Notes under the pieces: generated by a model | Seen by the model: the letters and a program-made list of their open reading frames with translations, nothing else | The model's database searches: none | Told to the model about the DNA's origin: nothing | NCBI GenBank assembly: GCA_949358305.1 | Contig: OX442314.1 | Location: 30,256,001 to 30,320,000, forward strand | Direction: 5' to 3' | DNA length: 64,000 nucleotides | Source of the DNA: Strigamia acuminata | Lineage: Eukaryota | In this document: positions 46,570 to 60,700 of the stretch, piece by piece | Layout: each line of letters begins with the position of its first letter | Position numbering within the stretch: position 1 is the stretch's first letter | Program-made: the position numbers and the translations under genes

Positions 46570-47675
46570 TGTGTTATTGTTTGTAATTGATGGAAGGATT
46601 GATTGACAATACTTGACAATTATAATTGATACAATTGTTGGTGATTGGGTTTGTTTATATATAAAAATATATAAAATTGGTTCGTATACAAGACGAAGAC
46701 TTAATATGAACGTGTGGTAGACGTTATGGTCTGCGAGAGGGCCCCACGGTTAAAACGACACAAAACAAAACATAAATTGTGTAAAAGACGATTTTCTTGG
46801 GTTAATTTTCGTGAATAATTAAGATACGCACTGCAGTGAAGGTTTTTAGGGGCGGTTAGAATGAGGTGCGCTGCAGAGAAGTTTTGCTGGATGATAACAC
46901 TAAAAACGCAGAAAAGGAAGAAAATAAAATGATTGTTGATGTGGTGGAAATTGTAAAATTTACCTTGTGAACTTCTTAACATGGATAATAAGAATACCGT
47001 AAACACAAAATAAACCAATGTTTTCTGTAATTTAATTCGATTTAGACATGAAATGGGTCACATAACTGTCATTTATCTCGAGTATAATCGTGGAAAGCAG
47101 CCCAACTTGACCATATATGCATTCAAAGCTGCTGCAGTTGCAAATTACAGTAATTTCTAAATTTGCGATTACAGTATATTATTTTTTATTTTATTTATAC
47201 ATCGCATAATGTGTGTATGGTCCCACACTGTGGTAAACATGAATAAACATTTATTTCCTCGTTTTATCTATTGTACAATACCACAATCATAGAAGGAAAT
47301 TCACCATTTATCTACCTAGTATTAATAAATGTATTTAATTTCTTTAAAAACAAATGAATTGTTTCTTTTTATTTAATAAACCAGAAATTTCGAAACATTT
47401 ATCAAACAAATTAATCAACTTGATGCCCTTTGTACGATTCTATTTAAAATTATCACTTTTTATTACAACACTTTCAAATCCCGTTTCGCATATCCACAAA
47501 ATCAACAATATGACGTCATAATTTTTAAAATTTTATAAAGCATTGTCATAAATTATGACGCTCAAATACGTTCCTAAAACTCCAGCGCGTCCTCTGTGTC
47601 TGCTATGAACAAAACCGTCGAATGCAAAGGTCGCTATGATGCTATGATTAATGCAAAGCACAAGGCAATGCAGAA

Positions 47676-50193
47676 ATGGTCGGCTACGTCTATAAACCCA
47701 GTGCCTTCGTCGGTGCCGCTCTTTTAATCCTGTTATCGAGATGCCTGTGTTCCAGCGCAATACCGGTGAACGTGGCGCCGCGGATTGGCATCGTGGGCGC
47801 CGGCATCGGCGGAGCTATGACGGCGCACTTTGTTCGAAATTTATTCGGAGTCGATGCTAAAATCGACGTGTACGAGAAGAATCATGTCGGAGGTCGATTA
47901 TCACTCGTCGAAGTTGGAGAACAGAAATTCGAAGCTGGGGGATCGATTATTCATGAAAGAAACCGATATATGGATGAAATTGCAAAGAAATTCAGTAATT
48001 GATTAGTTTTGGTTGAATTTAAAGTGAAAAAAAAATATTTAAATGGAGGAAAATCAAAATGTAATCGCTTCCTTATCGCTGCTATTTAATACCGTCGAAC
48101 TGCACATGCAACAGTCTGTGTCTGGTATCTTGATACCAAATTCAAACACCAAATTCCATTTATTTGCACCGAAAACACAAAAGTTTTAAAATTGTTTATT
48201 ACACACAAGTGAGAAATTGTGTATTTTTATGTTATATATATATGCTCAGTAAGGGATTTTTTCAGTTTGATTTTGGCATCAAGTTACTGGGCGCAGACTG
48301 CAGCTCAGATAAAGATGGATTGGGTTCGTGTTTCTGTTGGAATGCGAGGTAGCTTAATGGGTAGAACAGCCGGCTGTTTGGTATTTTCAACTAGAAATTT
48401 GGAGGAAATGGGAGGAAAGACCATTAGATGTCCAAAATGTAAGAAATTGGCCTAAATTTTTATAAATTTACCCAGATTTTAGTAATAATCTTCAGAAAAT
48501 TAAGAAAACTCAAATTTTAAGACTGTCGGGAATTTCCCGGTGGCCCGTTCCTGCCCCACCGTAGCCTGTCTCTGTGGCCCGACCCATCCAGATTTCCCGG
48601 CACTAAATTTGTACCCAGTCCAGCCCTAAAGGAAGTGCATGGAGAGATACTTTCCAATTCGCAATTTTATATCGCTAATGGGTATCCCGGTTCTTGGGAC
48701 TAACGACGTTACTTTTGTTGTTGTAGCGGTAACGAATAATACTTCAGATTAGACTGTACTATATAATTTGTTTTAATTTGCAGATTTGAAGCGAGCTCAG
48801 CAACATACTCAGCGGTCCGGAATATTCGACGGCAAAGAATTCGTGTTTGAAGAAAGTAGTTTCACGTATATGACGTACGTGGATCTGATATGGAGATACG
48901 GCTTGAGCATTATGAAATGGAACCGCTTGATTGCTCAAATGCTGGACCGCTTTGATAATGTTTACCGTTTCCAGGACTACGGCTATGCTTTTACAACGGT
49001 CGAGAAATTGCTAAAAGCCATGAACCCTGACTTTTACAACATGACTCAAACTACAACTTCGAAATTTCTTAAGAAGCAGGGTTTCAGCGACACGTTTATC
49101 AATGAAATTGCACTGGCCGCTGTTCGAGTCAACTACGGCCAAACTACGGATGTCAATGCATTTGTTGGTAAGACATCGACAAGCGGTGTAACCATGAGTC
49201 GTGTTAAAACGTAGTAAACCCCAGATAAATTCATAAATGCATAGAATATATTTATATTGAATAAAAAATTAAAAAGCCGAAATTAGCTTAAATTGCATAT
49301 TTTGTGAAAATCGGTAAATAAATGCATAAATTGCCATTTTTCCAGGAAAAAACAGCGATGCGTAAGATGTACGTAATCAATTTTTGCCATTTATTTTGGT
49401 AGGGGCTCTGAGCCTTGCAGCTGCCCAACCAACTCTGTGGTCAGTGGCAGGAGGAAATTACCAGTTAGTGGAAGGAGCGTTGAATTTAAGCCGAGCGAAC
49501 TTAATACCCCAAGAAGTGAATTCCGTAACACGATTGAACGGAGGCACATACAGGCTATCCACAACTGATCTCGACGACCCAGTGGACAAGGAGTTCGACA
49601 TTGTGATCATCGCGGCACCCCAAACCAAAGATCTTCGAACTATCACATTTAACGGTTTTCCGAAATCCTTCGATCACCATTTTCCCGGCAGTTATCACCA
49701 AACTGTCGCTACTTTTGTCGAAGGAATTATCAATTGTACGCACTTTGGCTCGCAGTATCCTTTAGCCATTCCTGATGATATTATTTCAATTAACGAAAAC
49801 ATGTCGTTTAGTTGTTTGGCGAGGAATTATCCAGTTAAAGGCAAAGATACGAAGAGTGGGAAGAGTGGGAAGGAGAAATCATATAAAGTTTATAAATTAT
49901 TCTCACATGATGTGTTGTCGAGCGAGCAATTGGATGTGCTTTTTAAGGAAAGGACAGTGGCTAAGTCGGTTGATTGGTTGGCGTATCCGCATTATACGAC
50001 GCCGGAGAAGCTAGGGGATTTTAAACTTGACGAGTTTTTGTATTATACCAGTGCGATTGAGTGGGCTGGAAGTGCGATGGAAATGAGTGCTGTTTCGGCT
50101 AGGAATGCGGCTTTGTTGGCGTATAATGAGTATAATGATGTGGCTCGGAATGATGAGATTTATAATCCAAGTAAAGTTAAAACTGAGTTGTAA
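47676..50193 (+). CDS. PCYOX1: Prenylcysteine oxidase 1-like; exons 47676-47994, 48784-49167, 49403-50193
   Basis: Signal peptide, Rossmann motif IVGAGIGGA, VGGRL...FEAGGSIIH, RVNYGQ, WLAYPHY, IEWAGSAMEMSAVSARNAALL and C-terminal KTEL; splice phases are consistent. Confidence 0.93.
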
Positions 50194-50329
50194 GAAATAA
50201 AGTTGTTTTTAATTTGCTGTATGTTGTGATTGGCTTTTTTTAATTTTTATTAAAGTTGCTAAATTTTGTAGAAAAATGACAAGATTTCATTAAAAAAGGC
50301 CTAAAAATTCATTTAAAAATGCCAAAATT

Positions 50330-50880
50330 TCATCTAAAATGGCAAAATTTCATTCGAATTTTCAAAATTTTATCAAAATATTTCAAAATTTCAAAATTTT
50401 CTTGAAAAATGCCAATATTTCTTTACAAAATGACAAAATTTCTTTTAAAAATGGCAAAATTACCTTAAAGAATGAGAAAATTACATTAAAAAATGAGGAA
50501 ATTACTTTAAAAAATGAGGAAATTACATTAAAAAATGAGGAAATTACATTAAAAAATGAGAAAATTACATTTAAAAAATAACAATTACATTTAAAAATGA
50601 CAATTACTTTAAAAAATGACAAAATTACATTTAAAATGTTCACAATTTTATCAAAACATTTCCAAATTTCATTAAAAAATATCAAAATTTCATTAAAAAA
50701 TATCAAAATTTCATTAAAAAATATCAAAATTTCATTAAAAAATATCAAAATTTCATTAAAAAATATCAAAATTTCATTAAAAAATATCAAAATTTCATTA
50801 AAAAATATCAAAATTTCATTAAAAAATATCAAAATTTTCATTAAAAAATATCAAAATTTCATTAAAAAATATCAAAATAC
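50330..50880. repeat. 21-bp AT-rich minisatellite arrays
   Basis: AAAAAATGAGGAAATTACATT-type units followed by AAAATTTCATTAAAAAATATC units; these generate three spurious repeat ORFs. Confidence 0.9.
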
Positions 50881-51124
50881 TGTATCAACTTTTTTCCCAA
50901 ATTTCAAAATTCCATAAACCAACTACAAATGAACACATCAAGTTAATCACGACGAATCTAAACTCACGCCGCTTTCCAAATCCCAAACCCGGCACAATAA
51001 AACCCAATCCCATCCACCACGAACGATCTACATGACGTCACAAAATCTCAACCACTCAACGTGACATCACACCGAAAACCTCTCCCACTGAGCACAAACA
51101 GCTTAACATCACAGAGCTTTTAAA

Positions 51125-54100
51125 ATGGCTACCAAGAGCACCACAGCCACCAAATCTGGTGCAGCATCCACCTTGGAATCGATGGATAAATTATCTAGCA
51201 GCACGCTTAAGGTGAGAAACAAATCACGCTCCAAAATACCCCAATTACAATCCCAACTATTCCACCTCCCAAACACAATCGTCCGCGTGTTTGGATGATG
51301 GATGCGGTCATTCATTTGTTTCTAATCTGAGCACTTTTTTTTTACTTTCCAGAGGAATCCCAAAATGGAATTGAGTAAAGCTGACTTGCTGAAACTCCTC
51401 AGTTATCTAGAGGGGGAGCTGCAAGCCAGAGAAGTAGTTATTGCTACATTAAAGGTATGAGTAAATAGAAAATTTTTTTTTTAAAAAAATAAAAAATAAA
51501 AAATGAAGAAAATGTTTATTTTATTGATTAATGTGGTGAAATTTATTTTTTTTCAGGCTGAAAAAGTAAAGCAACTACTTCAACAGGTTAAATTAGGAGG
51601 ATATAATATGGACAACCCAATTATTGCTCTGCAACGTGATGCATTTGCAGCTTGTAGCCCTGGCTTCGACGAATTGGCCGTGCAAGCGATTTACAGTAAT
51701 CAACTCTTAGCTCTTGAAACGTTAATCGACGCGCAACGATGTGCTCATTATCAAATGAAAGAGCAACTAGTTAAAATAGAACAACGCCACGCCAAGGTTT
51801 GCGAGTTGTTTCGCGGTCCGATCATTTTGTCACCTTGTTTGCATATTTAATTTGGTGTTTATGTTTAATTAATGCTCATTTAGATATTGCATGATGTAAC
51901 GAATTGCAAGGGATCCGAAAAATCGATTCGTTATAACGATAATTCGTTATAACGATAATTCGTTATAACGATAATTCGTTATATCAAAATTTTTTAACAT
52001 GGTGTTCTGTGGAAAGCCAACCAAACCAGACATTTTTAGGTATTCGTTATATCGATAATTCGTTATATCGCGATTCGTTATAAAGAGTTTCGACTGTATT
52101 CTACAAAATGTATTATGAAATGCACTCCCAATATTATTATTTGTTAAATATAGTTCGGGACTGCGATTTAACCGAAGAACTAAAACAGCAAAACCGGTTT
52201 ATTATAAAATTGCGTAATCTATTTAATTTGTACAGAAAAAGCAGTCTAATATGATTACTTTTTCTTTACACAAGTTTTTTATTGTATTTTTGATTAAATA
52301 TTGATAATTTTTGCAGATAATAACTTTTCATAAAACAACGAGAGTATTTACACCGATTTATCTGAAAAACCTGTATAAAATTTAGTATAAAAATTAAGGC
52401 TACTGGTATTAGTTCTTTGAGATGTTTAAAACATGTCAACGAACAAATAGTCTTATCGGTACCATCATTTTTATTAAGCATTTTCTACAATAAAACCAAC
52501 ATCAACACATGCAGAAAGGACATTTTTGTTGAGTAGTAATTTTTTACTAAAAATTAAACTTTGTTCCACGTTTATTAGATATTAAATCAGTAAATGCTCT
52601 TGGTTTTTTGAATGGTTATTATCTGCAAAAAAATACAATAAAAGACTTGTTTATTATGTCTGATTTTTATTTACAAATTAGATAGATTAATTTTATAATA
52701 CTCAATTAGGAAAAATGAAAAACCGATAAACCACAAATGTCTGTACATTGTAATGTAATTCTGGTGTTTGGGTCTATTTTTTTGGATCACTACACCAGTA
52801 AAATGGCTCGGCCAATGGGATTTTGGGGCCTTTTTGAGTTCAACAAGAGTATAAGAATGCGTTAAGCGAAAAGCAATATATTGTAAAATACAGCCCGAGT
52901 TGACCGAAGCGACGAAATGATCGGCGACGAAATGAACGATGCACGAAGAGATGTTTTTGAGCGAGTGAATGAGTGAATTTTTTACTTATTTTAAGGTTTT
53001 ACAAGAACTTGATGAAGAAAGATGTAAACATGCTCACGATACAGCGCAAGGTGATGACGTAACATATCTTTTGGAAAAGGAACGGGGAAGACTGAAACAA
53101 GAAGTAATGAATATTAATAATAATAAATAATAAATAATAATTTTCAGAATGGTTAAATATTGAGAGACTTCAATGTTGTTGTTAATTTTTTAGATAGAAT
53201 TGGAGCGGCAGCATAATAAGAAGCTAGAAAAGGAGATGAAAAAAATAGCCTCCATCTTAGAACAAGAAAGGTCGAAGCAAAAACAAATAGTGTTGTTACT
53301 TCTCTCGGAGCGGAAACGAATAATTGTTAAGCTTTTAGAAGAACGTCAACGTTGTATAGAATTGGAAAAGGTAAAAAAGAGTGAGAGATGTGGAGTTTAT
53401 CTACCGCGACAATCCGTCCCTAAAAAATGGTTTTTACATAAAAAAAACCAGTAAGGTTAGGTTCGCGGGGGGTTAGCCCTTCTTACGAATTAGACAAAGA
53501 AAAACGTATTCGCAGTTTCAAAAGTTGCGGTAGATCGTGTCGTGGTAAGATTTTGTCGCGCTAGATCACACGCCCCGAGTTTATCTCAGGGGGTACCACA
53601 TTCAACCGAATCCCTGAATCTCCGAATCCCGAATGTTTACATTTTATAAAAATTTTTAATTTTTTATCAAAAATTGGACATAAGTTAAAATACTTTCGAC
53701 TTTTTTATTAAAATAATCATCTAAATCTTTTCGAATGCTAACCGAATTCCTTCTGAATCCTATGAAAGATTCGAATCTCTGACATGCAGATTCTGACTGT
53801 CTGTACCCTCTGGTTTATCTGTAGTGGCAGGTGATATGCAACATTTTTTAAATTGTTTTTTTTAAAAAAACAATAATAACACAAATTAAACAAGTAAACA
53901 TCTGTAATGCATTACTTATTAGACTTCTAAACCCCTTCTACACATTTGGGACTGAACCGAATGTTAGAAAAGTGAAATTACGAGATATAACTCGTTGCAA
54001 ATGTGCGGTATAGAAGAACCAAGTCCGTAGGCTAAAGTGGCTAAAAGTGTACTAAAACAAGTTTTTTAAATAAACCGGAGGTCGGAGAAGTACGAAAATA

Positions 54101-57100
54101 CCTTAGGAACCTAATATAGGTATTCTGAGTTCATGCTGAGTTGTCCGTTTGCCTCTAGCTGCTATAGTTTTTGCGGAATTGATGCGGCAGACGGACATGA
54201 CCGTTTTATTAGACTTTCTAAACATAGGGTTTAGAAGTCTAAAAAGGTGATTTTTTTGGTCCTAAATTTGCAAACTTTTCTAAGCTAGGAAGTGGGGATG
54301 GTCCCCTGCCCAGGTTCCATTAACCAGTTGCCTGCGGCCCCGACTCCCCTAAAAGTGTGAGGACCTAGGCAGAAGCCTAGATTGGCTATTGATATAACCA
54401 CCATGTTAGTTACATCAGTGCTTCTCAAAGTTTGGTCAGCAGACCACTGGTGGTCCGCAAATAAGTATGGTACAAATAAGTCAGGTGTGTAATTGATTAA
54501 TTAAAAACATGGAAAACCCCATTTAATCTTGCACACACCTAGTCTATCAAAATTTCACCACAACTGAATGTGATACCGGTTCGCAACACATTGGGACAAA
54601 ATATGTTAGTGGTTCGCGACACATTGGGAAGAAAAATAGCGGGCTGCAACATTACATATTTTATTTTATTTATTTATTTTATTTTATTGTTCAATGTGGT
54701 AAGTTGATATTTCGGGATTAAATTATTTGTACACTATTTTCCCTGATTTTTTACACTAAAAATCCCTGACTTTTACACTAAATTTCTGAATATCACCACT
54801 ATTTTCTCTTATTTCTCCAAAAAATAAATTCATACACATCAAGGACTGGTGTAGGTTAGATTAGATTAGGTTAAGTAGAAAAAAGAAGGCGGGGTCGTGT
54901 AAAATTTATTTTTTTTTTAGTGTAAAAATAAGGGAAAATATACTCAAAACCACCACAAAGTTGATCTATTTTAGCCTGTTTACGCCTAACTGTGTACTGT
55001 TTTATACTACGTGGAAAAGTAGTTCTGTGTCAAAACATCACCTTTGACAATGTTGGTAATCAATCACAATGTCTGGAGTTCGAGTACAATTCTGGTGTTA
55101 TGAGCTATTTTTTTGTGTCCCTACACCAGTGAAATAGATTAACGTTGTGGTGGTTTTGAGTATAGTGTACAAATAAATGGAACCCGTTGATTTCATGCAA
55201 ATTGACGAGTTAGTTAGTGCGAAATCATCTGAATCAGACATACGAAGAAATATGACGTCAGAGGGCAACTACTGTGACAAATCATTTTTATAAATAGAAC
55301 CAAATAAAAAAGTTTCTATTTTTACCGCCTCCAGTTTTATTGCTGATTTTAAGTCCAGCCATAACATGAGCAAGAGTGTTTTTTTATCTAATAATTGGTT
55401 TCCATGTACATTTCTTAGGTATTGCAGCTAGAAAAAGGTCGCTTAGCCGACATGGTGGATGGATTAGAAGAGGAGAGTCAAAAGTCTTTACAAATGGAAG
55501 CCGAATTAGAGCAGCAACTTGCACTGTTCAAAGAGGAACGAAATCGATTAAAAGACGCAATCTCCGCCGAATCCGACAAGTCTGCAAGACTGCAAGATGT
55601 CAATCATTCACTCGTTTTAGAGGTTGCAACTCTCAAGCAAAAGACTCGTTCGGAACCTACCGAAACACAAGACACAGCAGGTTTATAACGCTATACAATC
55701 TTAAGAATATATTGATTTTAAGCTTCTAATACAATACGATTCTAAATTGCATTGATTAGTTAAAGTAGGTTATCTGTAGTTCTTCATTTCAAGGAAATAA
55801 GTCAGTCAAAAGTAATTTACCACGTTTGTTCTTGCAGGTACTCGTGTACCTATTTCACCTGATCGGCCAACTGTTGGAAGTACTTCCAAACAAGCTGTTC
55901 CTCCAACCCCTCCAATTAAACCAAACCAAGCGACTAAATCCAATTTAGGTACTACATTCACTAACATTAAAAAAAATCTATTAGGTTTGATACTGCCCCA
56001 TATCAAGTACTGCTGGTACTAGCCTTCTTCAAACCTAGCATAAAGTGGCAGCAGTCATCTATCATTACGTGCATTTAATCCTGATCTTGCAAGACTTATT
56101 CATTTGTCCTTAAATCGTTTAAAGAAGTGAATTCTCGATTGAACACACAAAAATCTGAACTGACCTACATGTGGTAGCAACTGTCGATAGAAGGTGCAGA
56201 AGAGATAAGTCACTTTTATAAGTCAAAGACGTGATTTCAATTTCAATTTCACTCAATTTTCATCCTCTTATTTGAATTCTTTCAAGTTCCGAGAAAGGAT
56301 GTAAAAACAAAAGTTATTGCAGACGAATAAGTCAATTTGTCTTTTGAGGATTGAATGCGCTTCCAGTCAGTAGTAACTGGCAGTAGTTATTTGAAATAGC
56401 TACCGTATTACTATAGTGCGGGTTTGACCAGACTGCCGGTAAACCTCGTTTATGCCGACGTTTGGGCGTATTTGGCTCATATAACGCCAGGTACTTTGCC
56501 AAAACATGATTGGAATAGTGTTAAAATACAAGGTGTTCTAAAAGTATTGTTCCCTTCGAAAACATTTAACTTAAGATGACTAAGATAAGTTGGATAGTAC
56601 TAATTTGATGGTGCTCTACAACTTTGTAATTGGAAATTTTGGTGTATCTTGAACGGTTTAAAAGTGAAAATGTTCTTCAAGGTCAAATTTGATGACGTTA
56701 TTGGATTGCTCTCACCCAACTTCCTATATGGTTGCTTCATCAAAGTTGGCCTAGATGCAATTGCTCAGGAAATATTTGGAGGGAACAATACTTTTAGAAC
56801 ACCCTGTATATTGTTATACCGGCATTTTAGCTGCATATTGCTAGAGCGGAAAGTACGGTCCATGTCAGTTGCAAGTACCCCTGGCAGTAACATCTGCCTA
56901 TCAATTAGTATCCAATGAAGCATTTATATTGCACTGGCCATTAAATATGCTATAATGACCTATCACTTTTCAACGTTATTGTTTAAATACTGTATTTCTT
57001 TTCAGCTTCACTGGCATCTGCATCAACCTCACCACAGTCTGTGACCCAGTGTCAGAAGTTTACCACAGGGCGTAACGAAACAAACTTATCCGGAGTCACT

Positions 57101-57772
57101 GCACCTGCGCAAGCTGGAGATACCATGATTGTACACAGTACAGTGTCACCTGGCATATCTGTAACGTCCAAACCAGTTGCAAGACTGGTGCATGGCATTG
57201 CAAGTACACCGAATGTGCAAGATGTTTCATCCGAGAAACCAAACACTGTGACCGGGCCTGCGCCGGAAAAACCATCATCGAATTCTGTGGATGCACATAG
57301 TAATACATTGGGCAATAAAATACTTACTTTTGGTGGAAAAGCGCCGGTTGCAAGATCAACTACAAGTGGCCATCCGCAGCCTCCGCAGCCACCGAAAAAA
57401 CCCGTGGCCGTTGTTCGTGGCACTCCGCCTCCGGTACCGCCGAACAAACCAGTTCTGTTGGCCCAAGCCAAACGGCTGAGCATAGAAAGTGGTGAAGGTG
57501 ATAGGAAATTGACTAAGCCAGCACCAGGAGGCACAAAGTTTACCAAAGATAAGATAGGCTCGCGGCCAAACGAAGCGAATGAAACCGCCAAATCTGGTGC
57601 ATCGGATGGGGGTCAGGTGGGTTCACTTCTTCCGCCGACAGCTAGCATGGATCTTCTGGGGCAGGAGTTGGCAGATTTTCAGCAGTTGTTAGTCTCTATG
57701 GTCAATGGGAAAGGGATAGAAATGCTATCTACTGAACACATTTCCCAGGCTCCTTCGCAAGGCACTAGTTAA
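51125..57772 (+). CDS. CTTNBP2NL: CortBP2-domain coiled-coil protein (CTTNBP2 N-terminal-like / Nausicaa), ~8 exons
   Basis: ELSKADLLKLLSYLEGELQAREVVIATLK|AEK, NPIIALQRD, KHAHDTAQGDDVTYLLEKERGRLKQE, LEEESQKSLQMEAELEQQL and Pro-rich PPPVPPNKP. Approximate exons: 51125-51211, 51353-51454, 51558-51796, 52996-53103, 53195-53370, 55420-55681, ~55839-55950, 57006-57772. Confidence 0.9.
51920..52098. mobile_element. Tc1/mariner-pogo-type MITE fragment; second copy at ~59815-59966
   Basis: TTCGTTATAACGATAA subterminal repeats ending ...GACTG-TA; near-identical sequence at both loci. Confidence 0.7.
53587..53812. mobile_element. hAT-type MITE with perfect 8-bp TSD
   Basis: TIR CAGGGGGTAC / GTACCCTCTG; GTTTATCT on both sides. 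Confidence 0.85.
53916..54243 (+). mobile_element. Helentron-associated (DINE-1/HINE-like) non-autonomous element
   Basis: TTATTAGACTTCTAAACCC at one end; at the other a repeated TTATTAGACTTTCTAAAC plus inverted GGGTTTAGAAGTCTAA, preceded by CAGACGGACA. Confidence 0.55.
54713..55186. mobile_element. TTAGG-bearing foldback element with a nested TA-flanked MITE (54941-55162)
   Basis: Outer arms TTATTTGTACACTATTTTCCCT / AGGGAAAATA...TAGTGTACAAATAA with CGGG...CCCG ends; inner TIR TACTCAAAACCACCACAA / TTGTGGTGGTTTTGAGTA. Confidence 0.7.
56529..56806. mobile_element. Tc1/mariner-type MITE
   Basis: 27-bp TIR CAAGGTGTTCTAAAAGTATTGTTCCCT / AGGGAACAATACTTTTAGAACACCCTG, flanked by TA. Confidence 0.88.
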
Positions 57773-60700
57773 AACAAAAACACTTGTATCCACACTGAAT
57801 TTTCTATATACGACAAACTTGAAAAGACTGAACATTCCATATCTTTGGTAAGTGCAATTGTTGGCTTTACCAATGGAAGCAGAAGTCTATAATAATTTTA
57901 AGCAGAAAAGAGACTACGGTCAGTAGCGATCATTTTGACATCCCGGAGCATCGAATTTTACTAGAAAGCGACATAAAATATTAAAAGCGTTAAAATTTTG
58001 AAGGAAAAAGTCACTTTGCTCACTTTTAGAAGGCGGAAGTGATGCTTTTTACATCATAATTAAAGAAAGTCACTTTCTTTGTCACGTTTAAATGACGCGC
58101 CGGCAGGGGCGTATCGACCTATGAGGCAAAGAGGCGGCAAACTGAGGGGCGGCAATTTTGACCCAAAATTTTTTTTTCAGCGCGAAATATTTTTGGACAT
58201 ATTCGGAAATACCCAATATTTAGCTTTTTTAAGATGTTTTTTTTTTTTTTTGGGGGGGGGGGACATTTTTAATGCTTGCCTCACCATAGATATTTCTTAG
58301 GAACGTGTCTGCGTGCCTGTCTATACAAAACACGAGACGCATTAGATCGACTGCCATAATGAAAATGACCAATGCGCTTGTTTCCTGTTGTCAAATGGGT
58401 GCGTTCATTCAAAAGTCAATTTTTTTAGAGGAAGGAAAGGAAAAAACACATTTCCTTTCTTGTATTGAATGTACCTATTGATTTTTTTCTGCCACTGAAT
58501 TGGATTTCTGCATGCAGTCTACATGCAGTCTCTTAGAATTAATTGTTTTTAACTTGGATCTCAAACCAATGAATGTCTAATGAATTTTTTTCAATTTTAG
58601 CAGTCAGATTGCTTTGATTCTTTGTCACTATTCAAATGAATCTCAAATAAGACAATTTTTTTAGAAACCGTAAGTCTCCTACAAACGAGACTGCATTTGC
58701 AAGTCGAATTGTTCGTTAGTCCAGCAAAAGGGTACAAGATGGAAAAATTATTAATCCTAATTAAAGAAAACATTTTTAATCGTACTTTTTTTTCTTATTG
58801 AAAATTAATAAATAATACAGTTGTGGACAAAAAAAATTTCTATTCAGTTTAGCTGTTTTAAGTTTATCTATCATTATTTGCCCGGTCTATCTTTTAACAG
58901 CTGACATACAGTGCTAGATACGCGAATTGACTTATTCGCTGCCATAATATGTGAAGTTTGTATCTCTGAAAGTTCGTAACTTGAATGTTCGTGTGTAGGG
59001 GACTAAATACCGAAGACCATAAAGTGGCATTTCTTGCATAATACATGAACAAAACAAGACATTTCACTGCACAATGTTAATGAATTTGCAACCAAATGGA
59101 ATTTCCCATTTGATAAAGCATAATTGCATATTTATAGACAGATTTTATTGCCAATTATTTTTTTTTGTGACTTCTGGTTTAATTTTACATCGAAGATTAT
59201 TCAGTGTGGATACTCAAATAATGAAATTAGACATTTAAATTATCTTGACATTGATTGATCTACATAACAAAATATTTAAATACTTAAAAATTGTTGTTAG
59301 TAATGAATATTTATTTATTTGTATTTTGCATGATGCACGTTTCTGCAATTTTTCTCGATTTTATTTTTATTTCCAATTCCATCACTGCTTAGTTTTCTAT
59401 GCATGATGTTTCGTAAAGGAAATCTTTTATGTTATAGCTGTATGTATAATTTTATTTTCACTCTATCATGGTAAATCGTTATTTTTGTCACCATTGGTAT
59501 TTTGTATTAGGTGAACAATATTTTTAATAAACTTTTTTTGTTTCTTTTTTTTTTATAATTTTATATTTTTTTGCATGCCTATTATGATTTTGTTTTTATT
59601 ACTTGTACTCTTGTTTCCATCATTTTTCCTTGTTCAATCAATACAGAACTCCAATGCCAAAGTGAGTAAAATGTCCAAAAAATAATTATTACCAAAAACT
59701 ACTAAGTAACTTTCGCTGATATTAAAAAGAACTTAGATAATGGTAATAAAATGGTTTGGTTTACTGAGAAGATTCATATCTATTTGAGATATATATATAT
59801 TCTTGCAGTGACATCACAAAACCCAATTCGTTGTAACGAGAATTTGTTATATCGAAATTTTTTAACATGGCGTTCTATGGCCAACCAACCAAACCAGCCA
59901 TTTTTAGGTATTCGTTATATCGATAATTCGTTATATCGCGATTCGTTATAAAGATTTTTGACTGTAGCATGCAAAAACGTATTACGAAATGCATTCTCGC
60001 AAAACCCAATGCATTTCAAAGTACATTGCGATATAATTTCAATGTATTTTTGAACCATGTGGGCAGATTTCTGTCAACTAATTGAAGTTTGTCAGGCGAC
60101 TCCAGATCTTGAGATAAGTTCTCCGAGAAATTTGTTAATTGCTTTGAATTGACTGCAATTGTATTTTTTCTTTTCAAAGTCTCTCACTGATTCTTCAATC
60201 TACATTCATTCGCTGAAAAGCTCTTTCTTAAAACGGTGTTCGGACGAAGACCGAAATGGCAACGAAAAACTTTTTGCCATTTATTATTTTCAAATTTGAA
60301 GTCATTCTTATCAGCTTTCACACAAAGCATTCAGATCTTCTGCATAATAATTTTAGAACCTGCAACGTTTTGGTTCATCTGGTAGCAAATTAGATCCACA
60401 ATTGCTTATTTTGGGAGATTAGGAATCTAATTAGTTATTATTCCATTTTAACACTAACTAGACTTTTTTTTCTCTTCTCTTTCACAGGTTGCTGCCAAAT
60501 AATGTTTTTTGCTGCAATTTTCCTCCTCCATGAATAAATTTTAAAAAAATGAAAAAGAAAAAAAAAATTACACCTTCAGAAACCCTTTTCTAGAAAAAAT
60601 TGTAATTTAGAAATCTCATACTTTTGTAGAGCTAGCTTGCTGTCAATAATGGCTTTATAAAAAATTCATAAAATAAGCTAATACGTATGTTAAAAAAAAG

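Noticed and set aside
50339..50917. Repeat ORFs (KNIKISL, NEILIFF)
   Set aside because: They are translations of 21-bp satellites.
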